The notes under the pieces are model-generated. The model was not told where the DNA came from, did no database searches, and saw only the letters and a program-made list of their open reading frames with translations. This document shows, piece after piece, positions 62,801 to 64,000 of a DNA stretch of 64,000 nucleotides. A program made the translations under genes and the position numbers. The stretch lies in assembly GCA_965237525.1 (NCBI GenBank), contig CBDEFO010000008.1:800001-864000 (forward strand). The letters run 5' to 3'. This DNA comes from Candidatus Latescibacterota bacterium. Lineage in GTDB: Bacteria > Latescibacterota > CBDEFO01. Position 1 is the first letter of the stretch; the number at the start of each line of letters is the position of its first letter.

Positions 62801-64000
62801 AAAGCCTTGTGAAATAGTTATGTCCCAGGCAGCGTCTGAAGCGCCGATTATGGGTCAAAGAGAAGCATATCGTATCGTTTTGCTGTGGAATAAGCAAAAT
62901 AGTCTTATCAGAGTTCTGGTCAGCAAGGAATAGGAGCTGTTTGAAGAACCACTGTCTTTGACAGACAGGGCACACATAGACGCTTTCCCCCTTCTTATGA
63001 AAGATACAAGCCTCTTGAGATTCTGTACTGTTGCAACAAGATTCAACTGTTCATTCAGTGAGGCTGGTCCTCTGTAACGGGCTCGTCCCATACCGTGTTG
63101 TTGCCTGGCTTCAGCAAAGATATGTTCACTGCGTTTACGGAGTCTCCGGGAGAGTTTGTAGTCAGCTGTTAATGAGATAGACCGTGCATGATTTCTGGCT
63201 TTCGCCTCTCGCACTTTTCTATCCCGTTCGGCCTGAATATGTGCTGAATTTGTCTTGTTTTTCCATGTAGGAATCGGTTCAATCTTCTCATCGGCTCGCA
63301 GAGGAATATGGGGTATGATTCCCCGGTCAAGTACATCAGCGATAAAATTACCAGAACCGTAACCGGTATCGGCACTAAGTGTCTGAATGTCTTTGGGCAT
63401 GATGTATGTTTCAAGGTCATCTACCATCTTAAGGGCACTTTCGGGCTCTGCTGTCCCTGTCGCCTGCGTGCCCTGAGTCTCAAGGATTACTCTGCTTTTT
63501 GTGTCGATCAGATCATGGCCCATAAACGAGAGAAAAGCCCCTTTGCCCTTCGATTTGCTGTATAAGCGCGCGTCGGGGTCTGTAGTCGAACGGTGTGTTT
63601 GGTTCGTCCACTTTTCACCATGAAAGTCTTTATCCTGAGGATGCCCGGACCTACCCTTTGTCTTATTCAAAACCGATTCCCTTGAGATAATCATCAAGAG
63701 AAACAGGGGGTTCTATCGGCTCAATACTTTTCACTGAAGCATCAGCTTGTATCTGAGTGCCGTCGACACTAAGGTGTTTACCGCTCACAAGACCGACATC
63801 TATGCAACACTGGACTACCTGACGCATTATCCGTTCAAACAACCCACTGGATGCCCACTTGTGATTGCGAAGCTTGTTGATCGTGCTCCTATCCGGAACC
63901 GCATCATCAAATGTCTGATGACAAAACAACCGATATGCCGCATGCATCCCCACTTCCTGACAGAGCCGATTCTCACTCAAATTATACAGATAGCCAATAA
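62801..64000 (-). mobile_element. IS1182 copy 5 (partial, small deletions)
   Basis: Same sequence, runs off right edge. Confidence 0.85.

Larger units (their letters stand above)
59097..64000. repeat. Tandem triplication of a ~1.93-kb unit (59097-61030, 61031-62499 garbled, 62500-end)
   Basis: Same flank+IS sequence three times with identical junction ccccgata-ggttcat-tagatctg. Confidence 0.9.

Noticed and set aside
1..64000. Numerous short antisense or overlapping ORFs; tRNA/rRNA genes
   Set aside because: Shadow frames of real genes without motifs; no cloverleaf or rRNA signature recognised

Overview
Bacterial chromosomal segment. A degraded FlgD/T9SS-like C-terminal domain and two secreted proteins with a TWG-x-(I/L)-K tail suggest an FCB-group or related candidate phylum (Latescibacterota/Poribacteria-like); this is inference. 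Many small indels and a garbled tandem repeat at the right end point to a noisy long-read consensus. Core genes: two E1 alpha/beta dehydrogenase pairs, an NRAMP transporter, HEAT-repeat proteins, a two-permease RND efflux operon with an embedded lipoprotein-type Pcm, TetR-TolC, an ABC transporter with a DUF1854 partner, a GDP-heptose cluster (hddC-hddA-gmhA), hflX, a deacylase, a sialidase-like protein, an SDR, a tandem TAXI protein and an acyl-CoA synthetase/acyltransferase pair. Mobile DNA is abundant: five IS1182 copies, an IS1595 splitting hddA, an IS481-like element, IS1380 and IS3 remnants, and fragments of phage/satellite replication modules with iteron origins. The most unusual signals are: (1) a family of ~23-bp CCCCGAT...ATCGGGG hairpins that nest inside each other and sit at breakpoints of mobile-element relics; (2) two loci where a housekeeping gene's 3' end is duplicated and each copy is followed by different cargo, including SIR2-like and PLD-like candidate defence genes; (3) attC-like sites with no integrase, one bracketing a secreted TIMP-like protein; (4) a small HTH replication-initiator-like gene with internal palindromic iterons; (5) AGTAGAC-type heptamer arrays that supply stop codons. 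No rRNA, tRNA, CRISPR array or reverse transcriptase was recognised.
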